This document shows positions 9,597 through 18,070 of a stretch of 64,000 bases of DNA, piece after piece (position 1 is the stretch's first letter; every line of letters begins with the position of its first letter). Location: the NCBI GenBank assembly GCA_021162365.1, contig JAGGYW010000014.1, positions 2,518 to 66,517 on the forward strand, written 5' to 3'. The notes beneath the pieces are model-generated. The model was given only the letters and a program-made list of their open reading frames with translations. It was not told the origin of the DNA and ran no database searches. The DNA is from Nanobdellota archaeon. GTDB taxonomy: Archaea; Nanobdellota; Nanobdellia; CSSed11-243R1. Position numbers and translations under genes: made by a program.

Positions 9597-9754
9597 GCGG
9601 GAGTGCCGGAGCGGTCAAACGGGCACGGCTCAAGGCACCCTTTTAGAAAAAGCGTGCACGGAAAAGGGTGAGTGACACCGTGTGGCTTAGTGCTGATGTG
9701 CCCAATGGCACTTGGCGAGCAATGCCTACGCAGGTTCAAATCCTGCCTCCCGCA
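9597..9754 (+). tRNA. tRNA-Leu (anticodon CAA), 158 nt: canonical intron after position 37 plus an additional insertion in the variable-arm region
   Basis: Acceptor GCGGGAG/CTCCCGC with discriminator A. Anticodon stem CACGG...CCGTG with loop CTCAAG|intron|A. T-arm GCAGG-TTCAAAT-CCTGC. The 47-nt variable region is about 30 nt longer than a Leu variable arm. Confidence 0.6.
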
Positions 9755-9773
9755 CTCAATTCTTGGTGATAAA

Positions 9774-10232
9774 ATGAAACAAGCAACTCTCTGCTTCATA
9801 ATTGAAAATGGAAAAATACTTTTAGGTATGAAAAAGCGTGGCTTCGGTGCAGGGAAGTGGAATGGGTTTGGTGGAAAAATTAAGGATGAAGAAAATATTG
9901 AAGAAGCGACAGTAAGAGAATTATATGAAGAAACAAATGTGTTGGCAAATAAACTTGAAAAGGTGGGTGAACTGAAATTTATATTCCCTTATAAAAAAGA
10001 GTGGAACCAAATAGTTCATGTATTCTTAGCCAGAGAATGGAATGGGGACCCAAAAGAAAGCGAGGAAATGTTACCAAAATGGTTCCACATAAACGAAATC
10101 CCATTTGATAAAATGTGGCAAGATGACAAACACTGGTTACCCATAATCCTAAATGGAAGAAAGGTAAATGCCACTTTCATATTTAAAGATGATAATGAAA
10201 CTATAGCGGAGATGAAGTTAAATGAAGCTTAA
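9774..10232 (+). CDS. Nudix hydrolase (MutT/8-oxo-dGTPase-like)
   Basis: Nudix box GKWNGFGGKIKDEENIEEATVRELYEETNV. The start is moved to M35 of the listed ORF because its N-terminal extension overlaps the tRNA-Leu gene. Confidence 0.75.
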   Translation: MKQATLCFIIENGKILLGMKKRGFGAGKWNGFGGKIKDEENIEEATVRELYEETNVLANKLEKVGELKFIFPYKKEWNQIVHVFLAREWNGDPKESEEMLPKWFHINEIPFDKMWQDDKHWLPIILNGRKVNATFIFKDDNETIAEMKLNEA

Positions 10233-11706
10233 ACTAACTCCGCGGATATATCAAGAAAAGATATTTGCTACAGCTACAAAACAAAACACATTAGTAATTC
10301 TTCCCACTGGGCTCGGGAAAACAATAATTGCCCTCATGCTCGCAGTTCACAGACTAAAAAAAATTCCTGGCTCAAAAATCCTTTTTCTTGCACCAACAAA
10401 GCCCCTATGCGAACAGCACAAAAAAACATTTGAAAAAAATATAGATGAGGGAAACTTCACAGTATTAACTGGAGCAAAAAAACCGGATGAAAGAAAAAAA
10501 CTTTGGGAAAACTCAACTTTCATATTTGCCACGCCGCAAACAATTACAAATGATTTAATAAGTGGAAAAATAAATTTTAACAACGTATCATTAATCATAT
10601 TTGACGAAGCACACAGGGCTGTCGGGAGTTATGATTATGTCTTTCTTGCAAAAAATTATATGAAGCAATCGAAAACACCACTCATTCTTGCACTTACTGC
10701 AAGCCCGGGAAGCGAGAAAGAGAAAATAAACGAAATCTGCAACAATCTCTTCATTAAAAAAATCGAAGTGAGGGACGAAAAATCCCCTGATGTAAAACAA
10801 TATGTGGAAAAAATGAGTGTAGAAAAAATCTTCATCGACCTCCCTGAAAGCCTGAAGGAACTTAAGGAACTCTTTGAAAAAGCTCTAAAAACACGTCTAA
10901 AGGAATTAAAAGATGCAAACATCATCCAGACATCAGATATAACTAAAATCAGAAAAAGAGATATGTTGCAACTCCAGGGAAAACTGGTTGCTACCAAAGA
11001 GCCTGCTTTCTTTAAATATGTTTCAACAGTTGCTGCATGCACAAAAATACTCCACTGTCTTGAGCTACTACAAACGCAAGGAATAAAACCGCTCGCAAGA
11101 TTTTTAGAAAAACTAAAAGGCCAGTATTACAGAGTAAAAGCGACAAAACAGCTTATGAATGACACAAACTTCAGAGAGGCAATGGCAAGAACATTTGAAC
11201 TTGAAACAAAAGGGATTGAACATCCAAAATTCGGCAAGCTTTTAGATATAATCTCCCCAAATGAGAAGACAATTGTTTTTACAAACTACAGAAACACTGT
11301 TGACAGGATAATTGAATTTCTACAAACAAATCCAGAATTAAATCCAACAAAGTTTATAGGCCAAAAGCAAGGGATGAGCCAAAAAGAACAAATAAAAATA
11401 CTTAGCGAATTCAAAGATGGGGTGTACAATGTATTAGTTAGCAGCAGCATCGGCGAGGAAGGATTAGACATCCCAGAAGTTCAAAAAGTAATCTTTTTTG
11501 AGCCGATACCAAGCGCGCTAAGAGCTATACAAAGGCGTGGAAGAACAGCAAGGCACGCTCCAGGGAAAGTAATCTTACTCATAACCAAAGACACAATAGA
11601 TGAAAAATACTATTGGGTCTCATTCCACAAAGAAAGAAGGATGAAAAAAGTAATAGGAGAAATAAAAGAAAATGGAAAACAACAAAGAAAACTCGAGGAA
11701 TTCTGA
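10222..11706 (+). CDS. hef: Hef/FANCM-type superfamily-2 helicase (helicase half of Hef)
   Basis: Walker A LPTGLGKT, DEAH-like FDEAH, an inserted helical domain, motif VI QRRGRTAR. Confidence 0.8.
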   Translation: MKLKLTPRIYQEKIFATATKQNTLVILPTGLGKTIIALMLAVHRLKKIPGSKILFLAPTKPLCEQHKKTFEKNIDEGNFTVLTGAKKPDERKKLWENSTFIFATPQTITNDLISGKINFNNVSLIIFDEAHRAVGSYDYVFLAKNYMKQSKTPLILALTASPGSEKEKINEICNNLFIKKIEVRDEKSPDVKQYVEKMSVEKIFIDLPESLKELKELFEKALKTRLKELKDANIIQTSDITKIRKRDMLQLQGKLVATKEPAFFKYVSTVAACTKILHCLELLQTQGIKPLARFLEKLKGQYYRVKATKQLMNDTNFREAMARTFELETKGIEHPKFGKLLDIISPNEKTIVFTNYRNTVDRIIEFLQTNPELNPTKFIGQKQGMSQKEQIKILSEFKDGVYNVLVSSSIGEEGLDIPEVQKVIFFEPIPSALRAIQRRGRTARHAPGKVILLITKDTIDEKYYWVSFHKERRMKKVIGEIKENGKQQRKLEEF

Positions 11707-12349
11707 AGTGAAAATAATTGTAGACACGCGAGAGCTCAGAAGCAATGTAGTTAAAAAGCTCTACGAGCTTGGGGCAAAAATAGAAAGCAGCCAACTACAA
11801 GTTGGGGATTTTATATTATCTGACAGAGTTTGTGTCGAAAGAAAAACTGTAAAAGATTTTTTACAATCTATAATCGATAAAAGATTATTCAACCAGATCT
11901 CCAACCTTTCCGAGAATTTTGAAAAACCAATTATCATTGTTGAAGGAATTGAAGATATATACACCGAAAGGATGATCCATCCAAATGCAATAAGAGGTGC
12001 TATTGCATCTCTCGCGATTGACTTCAGGATACCAATCATACAAACTACAGGAGAAGAAGAAACTGCACTATTCCTTTTCATGATTGCAAGCAGAGAACAA
12101 TTAGACAAAAAAATTTCTATATCATTACGGGGAGAAAAGAAGCCACTTAGTGATAAACTACTACAAGAGTATATTGTTTCAAGCTTCCCAGGAATTGGAA
12201 GGGAAATTGCCCAAAACCTCTTAAAACATTTTAAATCAATAAAAAATATTGTCAATGCAGATGTAAAAGAACTAAAACAAGTTGAAAAGATTGGCGACAA
12301 AAAAGCAAAAAGACTCAAAGAAATAGTTGAGAAGGAATATGAAAAATAA
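11672..12349 (+). CDS. XPF/ERCC4-type nuclease with C-terminal HhH2 (nuclease half of Hef), separate overlapping ORF
   Basis: GDFIL...ERKTVKDF is the ERCC4 nuclease signature (GDx(n)ERKxxxD). A C-terminal helix-hairpin-helix pair follows. The start overlaps the helicase ORF by 35 nt in the +1 frame. Confidence 0.75.
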   Translation: MENNKENSRNSEVKIIVDTRELRSNVVKKLYELGAKIESSQLQVGDFILSDRVCVERKTVKDFLQSIIDKRLFNQISNLSENFEKPIIIVEGIEDIYTERMIHPNAIRGAIASLAIDFRIPIIQTTGEEETALFLFMIASREQLDKKISISLRGEKKPLSDKLLQEYIVSSFPGIGREIAQNLLKHFKSIKNIVNADVKELKQVEKIGDKKAKRLKEIVEKEYEK

Positions 12350-13490
12350 AAAATATATAATTGTTGGGGTCGACCCGGGAATAACAACAGGATTATGTGC
12401 AATAGACCTAGATGGAAAAATCTTAAAACTATACAGCTCAAAAAAGATGGGCTTTGAAAAAATAGTTGGATGGATAAATGAAGTCGGAGTGCCAATTGTG
12501 ATCGCATGTGATGTTGAAGTGCCACCACAGCTTATCAAAAAACTAAGTATGCAACTAAAAACAAAAATCTATCATCCTCCACACGACCTAAAAGTCGGAG
12601 AAAAACAAAGAATCACTGAAGATATACCAACTAAAGACGACCATCAAAGAGATGCTTGTGCGGCAGCACTTTTCGCATTCAAAAAGTACCAATCTCTCTT
12701 CAAAAAAGTTGACTCCTTCTTAAAAAAGATTGGAAAGGAAGAAAAAGGAGACGAAGTCAAAAAGAAACTGCTGTTTAGAGAAGCAAAGAACATAAAAGAC
12801 GCCCTCAAGGAGAAAGTCGAGGAGGTAAACCTGCAAAAGAAAAAAAGAGTAAAACACTTGGAGAAAGAAAACGAGGCCACGGTCTTAAGAAAAGAGATTA
12901 CATACTTACGCAACAAATTAGACGAAATAAAAACTGAGCTGAAGAAAGAAAAAGGGAAAAACAGAGAACTAAGAGAAAAACTTTCTCTGAAAAAATCCAA
13001 TAAAGAGCTCCTCCAACTTGCTGATAAAAGAAAAAGCGTGATTTCTTCTTTAGAAGAAAAGATATTAAAAATGAAAATTGAAATCTCCAAACTAAGAGAA
13101 GAACTGCAAAGAAAAAATGAAGAAGAAAGGATTCTCAAAAAATATGACTGCTATATCATTAGGGAGATTAACAATCTAAGCGAAAAGGAAGCAGAAAAGA
13201 TTAAAGATGAGTTTGGCGATGTGATTTTAGTTAAAAACCTAACATTACCAAGTAAAAGTGTGGCACACCTACTAAAAAAACAACACATAAACATAATTAT
13301 ATACGAAAAAGGTAAAAAATTAGCAGACAAGCTGACAAAAGATGGTTTCACCCTAATCAATTCAAAAGAGATTAAGATACAAGAGAAGAATAATATCAAA
13401 TTCGTTCTTAAGGAAGAGGTGGAAAAGGCAATAAAGAGTGCAGAAATAGTTGAGAAGATTATTGAGGAATACAGGTCAAAAAGGCACTAA
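12327..13490 (+). CDS. COG2433/DUF460-family protein: N-terminal RuvC/YqgF-like RNase H-fold domain plus long coiled coil
   Basis: VGVDPGITTGLCAIDLDGK resembles the first catalytic strand of a RuvC/YqgF resolvase. The C-terminal 250 aa are K/E-rich coiled coil. Confidence 0.5.
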   Translation: MRRNMKNKKYIIVGVDPGITTGLCAIDLDGKILKLYSSKKMGFEKIVGWINEVGVPIVIACDVEVPPQLIKKLSMQLKTKIYHPPHDLKVGEKQRITEDIPTKDDHQRDACAAALFAFKKYQSLFKKVDSFLKKIGKEEKGDEVKKKLLFREAKNIKDALKEKVEEVNLQKKKRVKHLEKENEATVLRKEITYLRNKLDEIKTELKKEKGKNRELREKLSLKKSNKELLQLADKRKSVISSLEEKILKMKIEISKLREELQRKNEEERILKKYDCYIIREINNLSEKEAEKIKDEFGDVILVKNLTLPSKSVAHLLKKQHINIIIYEKGKKLADKLTKDGFTLINSKEIKIQEKNNIKFVLKEEVEKAIKSAEIVEKIIEEYRSKRH

Positions 13491-13521
13491 GATTTTATAA
13501 AGAAGTAATGATGATAGATAG

Positions 13522-14418
13522 TTGATGTTAAACGAAAAAGAATCTCGCGTCCTAGAAATAATCCAAAGAAGGGGCCCAACCCTCCCCATTGACATAGCTA
13601 AGGAACTTGGGATGGAAACGTTTCTCGCCTCTGCAATTCTTTCAACTTTGATAAACAAGGGGTATATCAAAATCTCGCACAGGAAGGTTGGTTCTTCACC
13701 ACTTTACTATGTAAGTGGACAGGAGCAACAGGTTAGAAACAAGCTTTACCCAGAACTAAATGAATTGGAGAAAAAAGCTCTTGCAAGGTTAAAAGAACTG
13801 CGAGTGGCATTCAGGGAAGATTTATACCCTCAAGAAAGGGTCCTCCTCTCAGAATTAAGGGATTTCGTGGATTACCTCCAAATAAAAAAGGATGACAAAG
13901 AATTCTTCTGCTGGAGACATTATTCTGTAACAGATGAGGAATTTAACCAAATATTAAAGGAAAGGTTAGAGCCTGAGAAGATTAGAGAAGAAGTTGAAAA
14001 AGAAGTAAAGGAAGTACTAAAAGAAGAAAAGCAAGAGATAAAAGAGATAAAGTTAACACCACAAGCTCCAAAAAAAAGAGTGAAAAAAACAACAAAAACA
14101 ATATCCAAGAACGCATTCGACAAAAAGGTGACAGAGTATCTGCAAAAGATTGGCGCAGAAATAATTTCGGAGGAAGTGGGGAGAACAGAATCAAATTATA
14201 TAATTTTACTTAATACTTCTATAGGTCCACAGAAGTTCTTAGTGAAATCAAAGAGCAAAAAGAGCATCAGCGAAGGGGATGTATCTAAGTTATATGTAGA
14301 AGCAACCTCAGCAAAGCTGCCAGCGATTTTAATAACACAATCAACACCAAGCAAAAAAGTAATGGATTACATCTCAAAGAACTTTGGCGGATTGATAAGA
14401 ATTATGACATTAAAATAA
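13522..14418 (+). CDS. Hypothetical protein with N-terminal winged-helix-like domain
   Basis: LEIIQRRGP-TLPIDIAKELG...GYIKISHRKVGSSPLYYV resembles a wHTH. The C-terminal alpha/beta domain is unassigned. Confidence 0.35.
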   Translation: MMLNEKESRVLEIIQRRGPTLPIDIAKELGMETFLASAILSTLINKGYIKISHRKVGSSPLYYVSGQEQQVRNKLYPELNELEKKALARLKELRVAFREDLYPQERVLLSELRDFVDYLQIKKDDKEFFCWRHYSVTDEEFNQILKERLEPEKIREEVEKEVKEVLKEEKQEIKEIKLTPQAPKKRVKKTTKTISKNAFDKKVTEYLQKIGAEIISEEVGRTESNYIILLNTSIGPQKFLVKSKSKKSISEGDVSKLYVEATSAKLPAILITQSTPSKKVMDYISKNFGGLIRIMTLK

Positions 14419-14429
14419 AAAGAAAAAAA

Positions 14430-14451
14430 GAAGAAGCTCAATTACTTCTTC
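14430..14451. terminator. Perfect hairpin GAAGAAG-ctcaatta-CTTCTTC followed by a T-run, between convergent genes
   Basis: 7-bp stem, 8-nt loop, T-rich tract after it. It lies just past the stop of the 13522..14418 gene. Confidence 0.3.
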
Positions 14452-14669
14452 TTTCTTTTTGTTGTTTTCTTCTTAGTTGTTTTCTTTTTCTTGGTTGTCT
14501 TTTTCTTGGTTGTCTTCTTTTTCTTTGTGGTTTTCTTCTTCTTTGTGGTTTTCTTTTTCTTAGCAGCCATTTTCATCCCTCCGACTCTCCAACCAAAATC
14601 ATTAGTTGAAGGTCTGTTTAAGTAATTATTTATAGTAACTTTTGATTTAAAAACATTTTTCTTTCCCAA
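14442..14669 (-). CDS. Questionable ORF encoding a (KKKKTT)n low-complexity tail
   Basis: Coding potential comes almost entirely from a 21-bp AT-rich tandem repeat. It may be a small basic protein, or it may not be coding. Confidence 0.2.
   Translation of the reverse strand: MGKKNVFKSKVTINNYLNRPSTNDFGWRVGGMKMAAKKKKTTKKKKTTKKKKTTKKKTTKKKKTTKKKTTKRKKK
14460..14575. repeat. Imperfect tandem repeat, about 5 copies of a roughly 21-bp unit (TTCTTGGTTGTCTTTTTC-like)
   Basis: Visible periodicity in the sequence. In the minus frame it encodes KKKKTTK repeats. Confidence 0.5.
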
Positions 14670-14738
14670 GCGAGCTGAGAAGTCACCAATTTCCCATAAA
14701 GTATAACATTTATATACTTTAAATACATTACATACATT

Positions 14739-14864
14739 ATGAAAACAACCATAACCATCTCAAAAAAAATATATGAAAAACTCATAAAGAAAAAGATGAG
14801 GATGTCATCAAAGGTTGGAAGACCAGTTACATGGGATGAATTCTTCGAGAAGAAGGTAAAATAG
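14739..14864 (+). CDS. Small ORF (41 aa) resembling archaeal mini antitoxin / RHH-like proteins (MKTTITISKKIYEKLIKKK...)
   Basis: The N-terminal MKTTITIS..IYEKL pattern resembles small archaeal VapB-like proteins. No partner toxin is adjacent. It is below the ORF-track cutoff. Confidence 0.2.
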   Translation: MKTTITISKKIYEKLIKKKMRMSSKVGRPVTWDEFFEKKVK

Positions 14865-14867
14865 TGA

Positions 14868-15025
14868 TAGCGGGGGGTGGATTTGAACCACCGACCTCCG
14901 GGTCTCCCACTTAATTCCTTTTCCGTACACGCTTTGCGCGAAGCGGAAAGGGTGTTATGAGCCCGGCGACCACTCCAGGCTAGTATGGGTTCCCCAACAA
15001 AACCTTATCGAGGATCTACCCCGCT
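14868..15025 (-). tRNA. Initiator tRNA-Met (anticodon CAT) with two introns: one in the D-arm and one at or near the canonical anticodon-loop site
   Basis: Read on the minus strand: AGCGGGG...CCCCGCT-A with an A1:U72 pair. The anticodon arm CCGGG-CTCATAA-[about 50-nt insert]-CCCGG carries the three G:C pairs typical of initiators. T-arm GGTGG-TTCAAAT-CCACC. The 5' region is about 31 nt too long between the D-stem strands. Confidence 0.6.
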
Positions 15026-15191
15026 ACCTGGATAAACCCGGGCTACTTTACAGGAATAATGTTCTGCATTTTTAAAGCTTGTGGAAATTCTTAATCTCCA
15101 AACAATACCAAACGGGGATTTAGAACTCCACAGCTTAGTGTATTTCACATCATGGACATCACAATATTTCATTATAGTCCTTAGAATATTT

Positions 15192-15470
15192 TTATGTGAA
15201 ACGCTTATATTCTTTGTTGATTATATCAAACAACCATTTAGAATTTACTCTAAGGTATACCGCATCGACTCTCTTATCTTTCACGACAAATGGAGTTAAT
15301 CCTAATCTCTTTAAAATCCCAGCTGCCCTATTCATAATACAAACGTCTCGTTTAGAATTAAAGCAGAACTCGACCCTGTAATGTCTATCTCGCACAGAAT
15401 GATAAGAATAACCATACCCAATAAATAAACCAACAATATACCCCAACTCAATTTGAGATACCCCTATCAT
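15192..15470 (-). CDS. Degenerate LAGLIDADG homing-endonuclease-like fragment (single half-domain, catalytic Asp replaced)
   Basis: LGYIVGLFIGYGYS resembles the LAGLIDADG helix, with DG replaced by YG. Spacing of the downstream basic and hydrophobic motifs is consistent with the fold. Only 92 aa. Confidence 0.3.
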   Translation of the reverse strand: MIGVSQIELGYIVGLFIGYGYSYHSVRDRHYRVEFCFNSKRDVCIMNRAAGILKRLGLTPFVVKDKRVDAVYLRVNSKWLFDIINKEYKRFT

Positions 15471-15473
15471 TTT

Positions 15474-16787
15474 CTAAAAACTAATTCCGAGCTTGAAAAC
15501 TGCATCATACGCCGGAGACATAAATGATTTTATGTACTCGCCCGCTTCTTTGCTTTCCCACCACTTTCTTCCAAACTTACTAGTCAATCTCTTTGAAAGC
15601 CACTTCATGTGCATCTCCGCTACAACATAGCTCGGCGCATAAATTGCAAACTCAGAAAGAATATGGTGGAATACCCAATAATCTTCTGGAAGAGAAATCC
15701 CAACAAATCTTTTTACCAAAGAGGAATATGTGCTACCAATTTCATCAAAATTTATCTCTCCTTTCCAGTACTTGAGTTTAACAAGAGAGTTAGCTGCATA
15801 AAAAGTCAAAAAGTTTGCATTAGCAAAATCGATCTTACTCTGTAACTGTTTGTCATATGCATCTATGGATTTCAAATAAATTTTGTTCGTAGCGATGGAC
15901 TCAAACAATTCAGAAAAAGTTTCTGCAACCCCGCTTTGGACAGCGTATCTTTTCCAGAATGGAATTTTAGGATCCATACTAACTGCGTGGGCCGCATGCC
16001 CAAACTCATGAAATGCAGTCTCAAACATCCTAAATCCACCAACAGGTTTATATGAAACCCTAACGTCATATGGTGGATCCGGCCAGAAACAATAAGCAAA
16101 GCCAAATTTATTCTTTCTATCCTTATCATCAACTAGTATCCTCTTAAATGGAAATCCCATATTCTTGTAAATTTCCTTCACATACTTCTTAGGTTCTAGA
16201 TTAAAATTCACATTTCTGTAGATAACTGAACCAATGTAGTAATATTCATTCCAATAATCTTTAGAAACACCAAGCTCATTCCAAACTTTACTTATCTTGC
16301 TTTTATGCTTACGACCAAGAGCAGCTATTTTCTTGAATATGCCCTCAGAAAGATTTTCTTTAAACAAATAAGAACCAAGAACATCTTCACTATATTTATA
16401 ATAAACTTCTTTTATTTTTTCAAAACGCTTTTTTATTATTTCCTTAAGTTTGTCTCCCTTTTTCACAAATGCATCTAAAACTTCTTTTCTCTCTTCTTCA
16501 TTAGAGGTGGGTAACCACATCTTCCAATTAGCATAGCTCACCCCTTTATGTCTTATCTTCGCTCTTACTTTTATTTGCTTTAAAAACAAATTTGTCTGCG
16601 CATAATCAGCCACATTCCCAAGGAGCCACAGTTTCAAATGCCTATCTTCTACTTTCTTTAAAAGTTGCTTTGACTTAACAGCAAGCTCACTTTGATACTC
16701 TTTAATTTTCTCTTCATCATACTTAAATCCAGAATACATTCTAAAATGCTGAATTGAAATTCTCCTGCAGAGCTCCTTAATGTTCAT
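15474..16787 (-). CDS. Zinc metallopeptidase, M3/oligoendopeptidase-F-like (HEFGH motif)
   Basis: FHEFGHAAH, a zincin HExxH with the Gly typical of M3. At 437 aa it is shorter than canonical PepF. Confidence 0.45.
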   Translation of the reverse strand: MNIKELCRRISIQHFRMYSGFKYDEEKIKEYQSELAVKSKQLLKKVEDRHLKLWLLGNVADYAQTNLFLKQIKVRAKIRHKGVSYANWKMWLPTSNEEERKEVLDAFVKKGDKLKEIIKKRFEKIKEVYYKYSEDVLGSYLFKENLSEGIFKKIAALGRKHKSKISKVWNELGVSKDYWNEYYYIGSVIYRNVNFNLEPKKYVKEIYKNMGFPFKRILVDDKDRKNKFGFAYCFWPDPPYDVRVSYKPVGGFRMFETAFHEFGHAAHAVSMDPKIPFWKRYAVQSGVAETFSELFESIATNKIYLKSIDAYDKQLQSKIDFANANFLTFYAANSLVKLKYWKGEINFDEIGSTYSSLVKRFVGISLPEDYWVFHHILSEFAIYAPSYVVAEMHMKWLSKRLTSKFGRKWWESKEAGEYIKSFMSPAYDAVFKLGISF

Positions 16788-18070
16788 CCTATCACTTGCA
16801 CATCTTCAAACAAAATTGGCGGCGAAACAACATTACCTTCTTGACGATGTTTGTTGCCTACAAACCTAACTTTACTTAATGCCTCGAACAAATTAAAACT
16901 TATCATTGCTTGTTTTACGGGGTACTTGATTTCACCATTCTTAACATAAAAAACATCCTCCACTCCAACAGAGCAGTCACCAGTTATCTTGTTTATCAAA
17001 TGAGTACCAATAAGGTCTCTCACAAGCAACCCTTCTCTTATTTCAGAGATCATATCTTCTTTAGAGATTCTGCTTTTTTTAATAACAAAATTTGTGGGTG
17101 CCACATTAGGTAAAATATCTATACCTCCAGAATCGCCAGTGCTCTTTACCCCATCTTTCTTAGCTGAAAAATTGTCATACAAGAAGTTCTTTAAAACGCC
17201 TTTTTCAAAAACTGTGGTTTTCTGGCGTCTTTCACCCTCCCCATCAAATGGGGAAGAAAACAATCCCTTCGCCAACACCCCATTATCATAGATTGAAATT
17301 GCATCAGAAAATATTTTTTCACCCAACTTTCCAACAAACCTACTACGCTTCGACTGAACATTGCTTGCCAAAACAGCAGGTATTATTACGGATTCCATTA
17401 AATCAGAAACTGCAAAATAATCAAATAACACATCTCCTTTGAAGTGTGTTATCTTCTTTGCACCTATTTTCGATTTCAAGAGATTTGATGCAGACCTACC
17501 CACCTTAGATGGATTGAACATATTATGAGATGTGTGAAAATCGTATGCATTCACTTTTGAATTGCTTACTTCTATAGAAGACGAAAATTCACTTTCCTTA
17601 TGTGTGAGATAAACTCCATTTGAATTGGCAAAAGATGTTTCTTGAATTGCAGTAGAAACAGATGCATTTGGCACATTAAATTCATTATGCACTGCGCCTA
17701 CAAGTTCCTCACCAAAAGCAAACAACTTACTTGGTGTTATGGAACTAACTTCAGGAGAATAAACACCACTCACCTTTGTTGTTTTCTTTGGAGTCGTAAG
17801 TGGAATGTTTACCTCCATTTCTTTCGAAACTTTCATTATCTTAGCTGCGGATAACACTGCCTCCTTCCAGTTGTTTAAATCGGTTGTTGAAGAATAACCA
17901 AATTTCCTACCTTTTGAAATCCTTACTCCAAGGGACACTTCTTCTCCATCGACAAAGCGGAGCACCTTTCTATTTGAATAAATCAACTCAGAAGTCCTTT
18001 CTCTTTCTAAGATAACAGTTACATCCCCAAATTTCTCTCCATAGTTAATTATCTTATTTAGTTCCACCAA
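16784..18070 (-). CDS. pmbA: TldE/PmbA-family protein (partner of TldD)
   Basis: TldD/PmbA fold with a Gly-rich C-terminal motif (GNVVSPPILFEDVQVIG-like). It has no HExxxH and lies adjacent to TldD. Confidence 0.65.
   Translation of the reverse strand: MVELNKIINYGEKFGDVTVILERERTSELIYSNRKVLRFVDGEEVSLGVRISKGRKFGYSSTTDLNNWKEAVLSAAKIMKVSKEMEVNIPLTTPKKTTKVSGVYSPEVSSITPSKLFAFGEELVGAVHNEFNVPNASVSTAIQETSFANSNGVYLTHKESEFSSSIEVSNSKVNAYDFHTSHNMFNPSKVGRSASNLLKSKIGAKKITHFKGDVLFDYFAVSDLMESVIIPAVLASNVQSKRSRFVGKLGEKIFSDAISIYDNGVLAKGLFSSPFDGEGERRQKTTVFEKGVLKNFLYDNFSAKKDGVKSTGDSGGIDILPNVAPTNFVIKKSRISKEDMISEIREGLLVRDLIGTHLINKITGDCSVGVEDVFYVKNGEIKYPVKQAMISFNLFEALSKVRFVGNKHRQEGNVVSPPILFEDVQVIG

Noticed and set aside
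9672-9773. N-terminal 34-codon extension of the Nudix ORF
   Set aside because: The extension overlaps the 3' portion of tRNA-Leu and is Cys/Leu-rich. The internal ATG at 9774 gives a normal Nudix N-terminus.
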